NCBI GenBank assembly: GCA_027622665.1
Contig: JAQBYT010000014.1
Span: 26,932 to 90,931 of the forward strand
Direction of reading: 5' to 3'
Length of the DNA stretch: 64,000 nucleotides
Origin: Verrucomicrobiota bacterium
GTDB taxonomy: Bacteria; Verrucomicrobiota; Verrucomicrobiia; Opitutales; Seribacteraceae
In this document: in pieces, positions 50,194 to 59,356 of the stretch
Layout: each line of letters opens with the position of its first letter
Position numbering within the stretch: position 1 is the stretch's first letter
The notes under the pieces: model-generated
Seen by the model: the letters and a program-made list of their open reading frames with translations, nothing else
Databases searched by the model: none
Told to the model about the DNA's origin: nothing
Program-made: the position numbers and the translations under genes

Positions 50194-51237
50194 TTAAGGA
50201 TGTGTTGAGAGCGATTGCATTCCTCGACTCTTCTCAAGGAATCCATGAAGACCTATTATTCCCGCCACAATTATGATCACGTTGAGCTCATTGTATACTC
50301 TAGTTTCCATCATGTTGGAGCGAACGCAAAGTGCTGCAAGGTAGATGAATCCGACAAACATTAACTTTCGGGCTGAGGCAGTTTGCTTTTTCCATGTTAG
50401 CAGGGGGATTATCCAAACTCCTCCGAACAGGCAAAGGAAGCGAATCGGTTTTTCCATCGCCCAATGCGCTTCTCCCGTCCACATCCTTTGCACGAAATCG
50501 AGCATCGAGTGCGGAGTTTCGAAGAAGACACCTGGATTATCCTTGAAAATATGACTCAAGGCGACCCGGGAAAATATCCATAGCAATGTTTGGGCTACCA
50601 AATGTATCAGAATGGTACGGTTCTCTTGGAAAAAGGTCCGTGCGTTTTGTTTGGGTTTAAGGAGAAGGAAAACGCCCGCCATGGTAATGAAACAGGCCGA
50701 TTCTCGATTTAGGCAAGCGATGAGAAAGCATGGATAGAACCATTTCCATTGTCCTTGGAGAAAAAGAGTCACGCCCAAAGCGAATAGGGTGAGTGATGGA
50801 ATGTCGTAGGGATAATATAACCCCGCACCATCCCATAGACCATTGAGGAAAATGTAATTCCACGATAAAGGTAGGATGCATATAAAACCCCACCAAGGAG
50901 AAACTGGCGTCCCCATAACTTTGCACAACCGAGGTATCAGGGGAATTAGCGCCGCAAGAAAACAAACCGTTATACCTTGAAGCAGGACTTCGTATTCAAT
51001 CGGGTAGGGTACGAGCCACTGGAAGGAAGCTTGAAGGAGGGGCAGAGTAGGTTCGAGGGCATTGGCCATGCAAGTAACCAGAATGCGGGTCTGAAACACC
51101 TTGTCGGCATCGTAGTTCGCAATGCGTTCATAGCTACCCGGCGGATATTCGTTGGTGTAAAGAAAATAGAAGTAGGTGAAGCAGAGCGAAGCAACCAATG
51201 AAAGGAGAATGAAATTCGCTCGCTCTAAGGGTTTCAA
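50194..51237 (-). CDS. Polytopic membrane protein, GT-C-like (start TTG 51237)
   Basis: About 8-9 TM segments; FQTRIL, YPYD, LNRES, ETR; cluster context. Confidence 0.6.
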   Translation of the reverse strand: MKPLERANFILLSLVASLCFTYFYFLYTNEYPPGSYERIANYDADKVFQTRILVTCMANALEPTLPLLQASFQWLVPYPIEYEVLLQGITVCFLAALIPLIPRLCKVMGTPVSPWWGFICILPLSWNYIFLNGLWDGAGLYYPYDIPSLTLFALGVTLFLQGQWKWFYPCFLIACLNRESACFITMAGVFLLLKPKQNARTFFQENRTILIHLVAQTLLWIFSRVALSHIFKDNPGVFFETPHSMLDFVQRMWTGEAHWAMEKPIRFLCLFGGVWIIPLLTWKKQTASARKLMFVGFIYLAALCVRSNMMETRVYNELNVIIIVAGIIGLHGFLEKSRGMQSLSTHP

Positions 51238-51905
51238 GATTTCCGAGCAATGATCAAGAATTGTGCCCCAAAGAAACGCCAAATTATGGGCAAACGAAGG
51301 TATAGTCTAACGAGGATCAAGGGTCGCTTGCGGATTCGCACCATGTTGTAGGGCAGGAAGCGGGGTATGCTTTTGTCGATCGTAAATTTGTGCAGTTCCA
51401 GCAATTCACCCGCGGATTGGTCGCTCAAGGGGACATGGTGGTCCCAAAAGTCCCAATAGCGTCCCTTGAGGGCGGCAATGTTTGGGCCAAGCATAATAAG
51501 GCGACCGTTTGGCTTCAGGTGTTTGTGAACATGGCGTATCGTTTGATCCAATGTCTGTTTGTTCGGAAGATGCTCGAAAAAGTTGCTAGTGAAGACCAAA
51601 TCCAGTGAATTCTCATCGATGGGCCATGGTTCAGAGCAATCTTGTTGAAAAAAGGAAACGCCTGCATCCAATCGTTCACTCACATCGGGATTGAGGTCCA
51701 TCCCGAACCGCTCGGAGGCTTGCGCATTGTTGATGAATTCGCCATATCCGCAACCGAGGTCGAGTATGCGGGATTTCTCGGGAATCCAATGTGAGAAATA
51801 ATCGTCTATGAGGATGCGCCAGACCTGATTGCGGTAGTCCTCAAAGCCCTCGAACCGAATTTGGTAAATTGCCTGAAGTTCTTTTGTTGAGTCGGGAATT
51901 TGCAA
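51234..51905 (-). CDS. Class I SAM-dependent methyltransferase
   Basis: LDLGCGYGEF, SNFFEHL, GPN, YWDFWDH. Confidence 0.88.
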   Translation of the reverse strand: MQIPDSTKELQAIYQIRFEGFEDYRNQVWRILIDDYFSHWIPEKSRILDLGCGYGEFINNAQASERFGMDLNPDVSERLDAGVSFFQQDCSEPWPIDENSLDLVFTSNFFEHLPNKQTLDQTIRHVHKHLKPNGRLIMLGPNIAALKGRYWDFWDHHVPLSDQSAGELLELHKFTIDKSIPRFLPYNMVRIRKRPLILVRLYLRLPIIWRFFGAQFLIIARKS

Positions 51906-51917
51906 GATTGTTGTTGG

Positions 51918-52862
51918 TTATTGCTTGTGAGCAATGATTCTCTGATTGGACGATTTCCCTGATGTGTATAACTGGATGGCGTCAATAAGAGTGAAAAAGC
52001 TCATCCATAAGGTGTTCTTAATGTTGAAGCTATTTGTGAAAGAATTTTTTCCGGTCCATTCCTGAAGGATGTGATGAATGGACCAAACCCAATGCACAGG
52101 TTGAAGCTTATTGCAGGTACTGACCGTGGTTAATCCGACTGATGAGAGAAACTTCTCTAGGTTTTTGGTATTGAAAAGGTTGAAGTGACGAGGGAAGTGG
52201 TAACCGCCCCAGTGCCTCTTTTTAAAGAGATGGTAGTCGAGGCAAGTGGTATCGGGAGTTTCGATGATAATGAGCCCTCCCTTCTTCAGTGATTTGTATA
52301 GTTTGTGTAGAGTCTCTTTCGGGTTGTGGAGGTGTTCTATCACCTGAATCATGAAAATATAGTCCATTGATGCGGGTTCCAGAGAGACTTGTTCGATGGA
52401 TCCAGTTTTGACCGAGAATCCTTTCCGGATTGCCTGCTGGGCGGCTTTCCCCGAAATCTCTATGCCTTCGGTTACAGTATTAGCGGGCACGATTTTTCGT
52501 ATGATTTCAAGGAGTCTTCCGTCGCCGCAACCGACATCAAGGATTGCATCTGGCGCTTTACCTGTTCGGAAGAGTTTCTTGAGGAAGAATGATTCCATCG
52601 TTGCCTTGAGGGCAAAGGTTAGGCTGAATCTTTCGCTGTTCGAGTAATTTCCGTAACTTTCTGGATAAATCCTTTCTAGTTCCCTTGGAGTTGGTCTAGG
52701 ATTAAGGTAGTGGTGTCCGCATTGAGTGCATTTTTGATACCTAAATGGACCAGGAACGGTATCGTATTCGAAGTCTTCCCCCTCCGCTATGGTTTCTGAG
52801 GAGGCTGAGCCGCATACACAACAGGGGGTTTTTTCGAGTTCCAATGTGCTTCCTTCCATCAT
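51918..52862 (-). CDS. Class I SAM-dependent methyltransferase with N-terminal Zn ribbon (start ATG 52862)
   Basis: CCVC...CTQC, LDVGCGDG, VIEHL, ETP, PRH. Confidence 0.88.
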   Translation of the reverse strand: MMEGSTLELEKTPCCVCGSASSETIAEGEDFEYDTVPGPFRYQKCTQCGHHYLNPRPTPRELERIYPESYGNYSNSERFSLTFALKATMESFFLKKLFRTGKAPDAILDVGCGDGRLLEIIRKIVPANTVTEGIEISGKAAQQAIRKGFSVKTGSIEQVSLEPASMDYIFMIQVIEHLHNPKETLHKLYKSLKKGGLIIIETPDTTCLDYHLFKKRHWGGYHFPRHFNLFNTKNLEKFLSSVGLTTVSTCNKLQPVHWVWSIHHILQEWTGKNSFTNSFNIKNTLWMSFFTLIDAIQLYTSGKSSNQRIIAHKQ

Positions 52863-53907
52863 CTCGACTTTGTCATCTGCTTCTGCCGGAGGAGCTTCCA
52901 CCAAAATTTCAAGTAGCCTCCACTGATGTAATCCTGTCTGTTTGGAGAATCGTTTTCTTTGGTTTGGAAGAAACCTGAGTTGACCAAGTGCTGATGAAGG
53001 CTGAAAAGGCGGCTGTGGGGAATGGAAGGCAGGAGGTGGTGTTCAAAGTGGTATTCCATGCATGCTCCAAACAGGTATTGTTCGAGGCGCGTTCCACAGG
53101 AGGTTCTGCTTGTGAAGAAGTTTTTTTTGTAGTTGCTGGATCCCGGGTCCAGATAGTGTTCCGTGACGATCCTTAGTCGTATGATGACGGGCAAGATACA
53201 AAAAAGGGGAAAGCACCATAGGATCCCGTAGAATACTGTCGCCTCATAGGGGGGCATGAAGGGGAGGAAGCTCAGCCATATTAATATCTGGGCAAAATTT
53301 TTCCAAAATGATGCCTCGTGTTCCGTTTTTGCACCCTAGAAGTGGCTTCACCTATTTTATTTTCTTTTGTGTAGGTGGCGATCCTTTTTAGTGCAGTAAC
53401 GCATGTGAGGTCCTTGAGGACATGTTTTAGAGGTGCGGGCCTGTTCTTGCACGGGGCATCAATTCGGTAAAGGCTTAGGTCTGGATCTTGATCGGAGTGT
53501 ATGTGTTTGTGGTGTTTCCAGTGGGTCGTTCTGTAGCTTTGTACATCATTCAGCACCCAGTAGGCTCCGAATAGGTTGCAGAAAATGTCGTTGTGTGTTC
53601 TTGATTTGAACAATAGGAAGTGTGAGGCTTCGTGGATTTGGACGGCGAAGGCGTTTTGCCTTGTGGCGATAAATAAAGCCAGTGGTAGTGCTGCAATTAG
53701 TCCATGGAACCCGTAAAGAGCGTGTAAAGTGATGACCGAGGCATAGCAGAGGAACAGGGCGAACCAGATGTGAAGGAATGTCCAGAATGTATAAGAGGGA
53801 TTCCGTGAGTGCATCCACTTGAGGCTTTCCTTGGGTATGATCGCAAGAATTTCTTTTCTCATTTCCCTCTGTTGGTTGAGGACGGAACTGGCTTGGCTGT
53901 CGCTCAT
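52859..53907 (-). CDS. Membrane fatty-acid-desaturase-family di-iron enzyme; one gene split by a -1 frameshift at about 53294-53302
   Basis: His boxes HEASH, HWKHH and (after the shift) EH...HFEHH.LPSIP. One added T or A restores GKIFAQILIW; ATG 53907. Confidence 0.85.
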
Positions 53908-53917
53908 GGGAATGAGA

Positions 53918-54652
53918 TTACCTGCGGAGGTAGTCTCCTCGACTAAAGTATTTTTCCAACCACAGGTAGGCCACGATGAAGAAATATCTTGATCCCATCT
54001 CCCGTAGTTTGAGCTTGGCCACGCCTTTTGATCTGTTTCGCCACGAAATGGGTACAACGGTCCAAGAGTAACCTCTGATCACCGCCTTGAGGGGGATTTC
54101 CACAGTCAAGTTGAAATGGGGTGAGATAAGGGGTTGGCAACCTTCGATCACCTCTCGTCGATACATCTTAAAGGCGTTGGTTATGTCATTGCATTCGATT
54201 CGAAAGGCATAACGGATTGCGGTATTTACGATGCGATTCGCAAATAGTTTAGCCCGAGGGTAATCCGTCACTCTACTACCCGAGATAAACCGACTGCCAA
54301 ATATACAGTCGTATCCTTCGTTGAGTTTCTCCCAGTAACGAACTAAATCCTGAGGTGAATCCGATAAATCCGCCATCATAATTGCAATGGCATCTCCTCT
54401 TGCCACCGTAAGTCCGCATCTGACGGCACGCCCGAAACCGTTTTGTCCATTATTTCTGAGGGATAGTAATTGAGTGTGTTGGAGCTTGAGATCCTTCAAT
54501 ACTTTTGGCGTATCGTCCCTACTGCCGTCATCTACTACGACAATCTCTCCATCGATGCCATGATTTTTCAGTTCCTTATCAATGCCCGCCACGCAATTCG
54601 GCAAGTTCCCCGCTTCGTCCCGTGCGGGAATAATTACGGAAAGCTTTTTCAA
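53918..54652 (-). CDS. Polyprenyl-phosphate glycosyltransferase (DPM1-like GT2)
   Basis: VIIPARDE, VDDGSRD, MMADLSD, GSRF, DITNAFK. Confidence 0.9.
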   Translation of the reverse strand: MKKLSVIIPARDEAGNLPNCVAGIDKELKNHGIDGEIVVVDDGSRDDTPKVLKDLKLQHTQLLSLRNNGQNGFGRAVRCGLTVARGDAIAIMMADLSDSPQDLVRYWEKLNEGYDCIFGSRFISGSRVTDYPRAKLFANRIVNTAIRYAFRIECNDITNAFKMYRREVIEGCQPLISPHFNLTVEIPLKAVIRGYSWTVVPISWRNRSKGVAKLKLREMGSRYFFIVAYLWLEKYFSRGDYLRR

Positions 54653-54704
54653 ATAGGTTCTCCGGCAAGTTCTGCGGGTGTTTTAGAACAGTATCTTGTA
54701 AGCA

Positions 54705-55415
54705 TCATTCTTTACGGGCTACTAGTACCAAGTTTTTCCCTATCGGAGGTGGTAGTATTCTCTCTACTCTTTTCATAACAGGGACCACTAGGCGGTCATA
54801 GGTCGCTACGCCGGAGCTTTTCATTGTTCCTTTCAACAGAACAAATACAATATACCATGGGACTATTCCCGCCAAATCAAAGTACTTTATTTTTTTAATC
54901 GAAAAGCCTGCGGAAGATACTACTTTAGATAGGTTTTTTTTTGAATACCTTCTGAAGTGTCCCAGGCTTTTGTCCATTTCGCTAAATAGAAAATTAAGTG
55001 CTGGAACAAAGATTAGAAGGTAGCCGTTTTTGCGTATACATTTGTAGGCATGAGACAAGGCCTCATTGTCTTTTTCAATATGCTCTAGTACGTTTATGTA
55101 GCATACTGAGTCAAAGGCGTCAAGGTAAGCTTCTGAGCAATTTTCGAACAATGCATTAATCGTTTCTACCTTTGAGACTGCATTGAATTTCTCTTCTAGT
55201 AAGGGATACATGTTGTCGGATGGTTCGAATGCGACCAGTCTTTTTATGTGTGAGCTCAACAGGAAATCAGAAAAATTACCTGTTCCTGCTCCAATTTCCG
55301 CAACGACTTTTCCGAGGTAAGGTGAACAGATTTCAAGAATCCATTGATGATAGTTTTGGGCAAAGGACATCGCTTCCAAGTCTTTGCCAAAATACTCATT
55401 GCTAGTCTGTTTCAT
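54705..55415 (-). CDS. Class I SAM-dependent methyltransferase
   Basis: NYHQW, EIGAGTG, NVLEHI, FVPA, D..LGHFRRY, PPIGKN. Confidence 0.9.
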   Translation of the reverse strand: MKQTSNEYFGKDLEAMSFAQNYHQWILEICSPYLGKVVAEIGAGTGNFSDFLLSSHIKRLVAFEPSDNMYPLLEEKFNAVSKVETINALFENCSEAYLDAFDSVCYINVLEHIEKDNEALSHAYKCIRKNGYLLIFVPALNFLFSEMDKSLGHFRRYSKKNLSKVVSSAGFSIKKIKYFDLAGIVPWYIVFVLLKGTMKSSGVATYDRLVVPVMKRVERILPPPIGKNLVLVARKE

Positions 55416-55503
55416 TCAAATCCTTGTTCCATATTGATTTAACGCAATTCGGGAGGTTTGCTGCTTTGTCTCTAGATGGAATTATAACCGATAACTTATT
55501 CAT
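55402..55503 (-). pseudogene. 5'-terminal remnant of a DPM1-like GT2, paralogue of 53918-54652 (not in ORF track)
   Basis: MNKLSVIIPSRDKAANLPNCV versus MKKLSVIIPARDEAGNLPNCV is 17/21 identical; the ATG overlaps the end of 55496-57474. Confidence 0.9.
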
Positions 55504-57474
55504 TTTCATTGGTCTTCGGATTGAGGAAAATTTTAAGAACAATCACATTTGTCTCGTCATCAGTGGAAATTTCTGAAGTCGAATGGTTTTGGGGGAAACT
55601 TTTCTCCAATGCCTCTTGAAATAGAGGGTCGTCTTTAAGTATCGCAGAGTATGCACAATAAACATTCAACGGTTTGGAGGTCCTAAAAGGCTGCGCTTTC
55701 GAAAGGTTGCCGCCCGCGAAATGTAAACCAAGGCATCGAAGACGAGTCCTCAAGTACAAATCTCCCAAATCTCCGGATGGAAGAAAAAGCAGGACATCTG
55801 AATCATCTTTTGAATCGCTTTTTATCAACCTTAGTGCGTCGGAGAACTCTCTGGCGGCAAAACCTCTATCTTTTTCTGTTTTCGACGCCACAAATTGATT
55901 GGTACGAAAAGGTAACCGAATCAACGCTTCTGCTTGTGTAGATATTGGAAGAGCAAAGCAAATACCCGAAAGTAAAATAACGGCATAATTATTAGAAATC
56001 CGATTTTGAAACAATGAGTAACATACCGGCAAAGTCAGCATCAGTGCGTATTCAATGGTATGAGAACTATAGAGAGAATAATTGAATCCATGCAAATAGG
56101 AAACGGCTGATAGTCCAATAAACGGAATTATGAGAAAAATCAGTGAAATTATTTTGAATTCATAATTTATACTGTCTATGACTTTCCAGAAATTGAACCC
56201 AAGCAAAAGAGTGAAAATAAATCCAACGAATCCGCAAATGAATGCGTGTGGATTTACCTTCTTTTCATCCATCCATTCCCTGAAGGAAACGAACTGGTTG
56301 GCCAAATCCCTTCCTCCATGCGCAATTCCTTTCCCTGGCAGGGCGTATCCAGGGGCTCCTAGTGTGCTCCAGCCGAGCATTACGCCACGGGTGCTTTCGA
56401 CAAAACAATTCCCCCAAAGCTGAGACTGCTCATTGTAATCATTGCCTCTATACATATCGTCAGCAGAGTTTCCGCTTTCGCTTTCATTGAAGTTTTCAAG
56501 CAACTGGTAAGAACCGAAAACGATAAGAACTGGCGCGGAGCAAGTTATGATTTTAAGAAAATTATTTATAATTATCTTATCTGAAAAAAAGATATAAAAA
56601 ATGGGTATGGAAACAATTGTAAGGGCGGCAATCATTCCAGACAACTTGAGTACGCTGAAAAATCCAAGGCAAAGCGAGAAACTAAGCAGACTGGAAATAA
56701 GTACAAGAATTGACGAATCTTTTTCATGCATTTTCCTACCAAGCGAAACAGCCCAAAGAATCATCCATGGCACGAGACAGTAAAGAGCGCGGTTCATTGT
56801 CCCAAAGAAGGTCGTTTCAACTCCAACCCCAAGCCCGAGAAGCAATGCGAGCAAATGTAGAGATTCAGAACTAAGTGAAAACTGCTGCGATAATTTCAAC
56901 CAACCGATACCTCCTCCAACCAAGAATAAAAATAAGGATAGTCGTAACGAATCTCCAAGTGATAGACTCAAAAATAAACCTGGTAACGCAATCCAGCTCG
57001 CTCCTGGTGGACGAGAACTCCAATTTGATTGGTTTTGGCTTAGATCAAGAGGGTTTGGCATAGAACAATAATTGGCAAAGGTGGTCCTCCCTTCGCAATA
57101 CTGAAGCGAAGATAAGACCTGCCCCGTAACATCTTCACCAACGTGCATACCTTGCTTGAGGTTAAAAAAAGTGGTTGTAGATGCAAGGATGAGGAAAAGA
57201 GCAAAAGGATTCAGTATTTCCATACTCTTTGATTTATCCTGAAGAAAACTACTCAAACGAGGATGGACGAATTTTATCCAAAAAAAGCAGGCTGAGATCG
57301 TAGCAAGCAAGAAAAGAAGCTTTTCGTTGGAATAAAGTTCGAACCATTTAGGCTCTTTACTTCTCAGCAAGGCGGCTTCGATGCCCTTTAGACCGATCCA
57401 CCAGCATGGAACCGAGCAAAGAAAACCTACTAGCTTTTTGTGGTTTATAAGGCTGCTTATTTTATTGAATCCAC
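55496..57474 (-). CDS. Large polytopic membrane protein, GT-C-like; true start probably GTG 57474 with a one-base deletion at 57460-57463
   Basis: Many TM segments, GED and RPPG.S loop motifs, soluble C-terminal domain. The frame stays open upstream of TTG 57370, and one added A joins it to GTG-GAT-TCA-ATA-AAA. Confidence 0.62.
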
Positions 57475-57482
57475 TTAAGAGA

Positions 57483-58208
57483 TTACCGCCAGGTGATTCC
57501 GTATTTCACTATGGCGTAAATTGCCCTAAATGCATCTTTGAGACCGATTTTCTTTCCTTCTTCATAAGTGCGTCCGGAGTAGGAGATTCCCGTTTCGTAA
57601 ATTCGAATGTTTGGCACGCGGGCAATCTTGGCCGTTATTTCCGGTTCGATGCCGAACCTGTCTTCGCGAAGAACGATTTGATCAAGCATGTCTTTTCGAA
57701 ACACTTTGTACCCTGTTTCCATATCGGTCAGGTTCAAGTTGGTGAACATGTTGGAGAAAAGGGTGAGAAAACCATTGGCCACTCGATGCCAAAAATAAAG
57801 CACCCGTGTCTCGTGATTGGAGCGAAATCGTGACCCGAAGACAACATCCGCCTTCCCCTCCAAGATAGGACGCAGCAGGATGGGGTAATCCTTGGGGTCA
57901 TACTCAAGGTCCGCGTCTTGAACGATTACGATTTGTCCGGTAACTGCAGCGAAACCAGTACGTAGGGCTGCTCCCTTTCCCATGTTCTTTTGGTGTCTGA
58001 GGCAATTAATGTCCTGATGCTTTTTCCTAAGTATTTGCATCCGTTCCCATGTGGAATCTCTGGATCTGTCGTCAATTAGTATAATTTCACAAGGCAATCC
58101 CAGCGTCTCTGCCGCCAGGACTCTATCTACTGCCTGTTCAATTGTCTTTTCCTCGTCGAAAGCTGGAATGACTATAGATATCTTTTTACATTTATGGAAA
58201 ACTATCAT
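57483..58208 (-). CDS. Polyprenyl-phosphate glycosyltransferase (DPM1-like GT2)
   Basis: [39 protein letters not shown]. Confidence 0.93.
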   Translation of the reverse strand: MIVFHKCKKISIVIPAFDEEKTIEQAVDRVLAAETLGLPCEIILIDDRSRDSTWERMQILRKKHQDINCLRHQKNMGKGAALRTGFAAVTGQIVIVQDADLEYDPKDYPILLRPILEGKADVVFGSRFRSNHETRVLYFWHRVANGFLTLFSNMFTNLNLTDMETGYKVFRKDMLDQIVLREDRFGIEPEITAKIARVPNIRIYETGISYSGRTYEEGKKIGLKDAFRAIYAIVKYGITWR

Positions 58209-58290
58209 TTCCAGCTTTCTTTTTTCATTGGACTATCCTTGGGGAGAGCCAAGTTCGCGAATTGTACATTATTTGTTTCCCCCGAAGATT

Positions 58291-59355
58291 TCATGACATA
58301 CAAAATGTTAACCAGTTTGGGTTTTTCTCCGCGTGTCCGGCAATTTCCTTTAGGATTTCTTCAAGGCCAGTCTTAGGGCTCCAATCCCAAACTTCCCTTG
58401 CCATAGAGGAATCCATTACGATCCATGGAGCGTCGTAGGGGCGTTCATCGGGTGTGGAACTCACCTCGTTTGGGCCGAAGCGTTCCTCGCACCACGCACT
58501 GAGCTTGTGCAGCGAGGTAGCGTTTTCGGGACCGCCGCCGAGGTTGAGTATGCGAGGAGCATTCTTCTCTGGTTCCTCCATCTGACGAATGAGTAACGGG
58601 GCGAGGTCGCGAGGGTGGAGGGCATCCCGAACTTGAAAACCACTTCCTCCGAAGCCCACATATTTAAGTGATTTCTTTTCACGAAAGGAATGAATCCAGT
58701 AAGAAAAAATTCCTTGATCCGCTTTGCCGAACTGTCCGGCTCCGGCAAGTACGCCACAGCGGTTGATGAAGACAGGAAAGTCAAAAGCCTCGGCATACTC
58801 TAGGATAAGGGCTTCCGAAGCCAGCTTGGAGGCACCATACAGAGAGATGGGAGCTGTGGTGGGGAATCCTTCGGCGATTCCTTTGAATGAAATTCCTGTT
58901 TCAGAATAATCTTTCTCAAGTTGGAAACCATCTCCTTTTTTATGTACTGGTAACTGAGCTAATGCCTTGGCGGAATAGACTCGACTCGTGCTCAACAAAA
59001 TCAATCCGGCTCCATGCTTTTTGCAGTATTCTAGCAGATTAATGGTCCCCAATAGATTGTGTTCCATTACTTGCCTGCTTGACACTTGACCGTCCAAACC
59101 TGCGAGTACCGACGGATTGGCGGCACAATCGATCACCCAATCGACTGTGGGCATGGAGTCTAGGTCGGATTGAACCCTTGCGTCTCCGCGAATAAGGTCT
59201 ATTCCAAGATCCGTTAATTCTGAGATGTTTAATTCAGATCCTTTTCTCGAAAAATTATCGAGTCCAAAAATTTGCAAATTGGAATGACTTTGTACCATCG
59301 TATTCGCTATTGATGTACCTGCAAAACCACAAATGCCTGTAATGAGAACTTTCAA
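58291..59355 (-). CDS. NAD-dependent epimerase/dehydratase, CDP-paratose 2-epimerase (RfbE)-like (start TTG 59355)
   Basis: ITGICGFAG, AANPSV, STSRVY, YGASK, NRCGV.AG, QVRD.LH, NLGGG. Confidence 0.88.
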   Translation of the reverse strand: MKVLITGICGFAGTSIANTMVQSHSNLQIFGLDNFSRKGSELNISELTDLGIDLIRGDARVQSDLDSMPTVDWVIDCAANPSVLAGLDGQVSSRQVMEHNLLGTINLLEYCKKHGAGLILLSTSRVYSAKALAQLPVHKKGDGFQLEKDYSETGISFKGIAEGFPTTAPISLYGASKLASEALILEYAEAFDFPVFINRCGVLAGAGQFGKADQGIFSYWIHSFREKKSLKYVGFGGSGFQVRDALHPRDLAPLLIRQMEEPEKNAPRILNLGGGPENATSLHKLSAWCEERFGPNEVSSTPDERPYDAPWIVMDSSMAREVWDWSPKTGLEEILKEIAGHAEKNPNWLTFCMS

Positions 59356-59356
59356 T

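Noticed and set aside
57381..57833. 150-aa plus-strand ORF and many similar shadow ORFs (e.g. 29167-29751, 44023-44607, 11753-12283)
   Set aside because: Antisense to well-supported genes, with no recognisable motifs.
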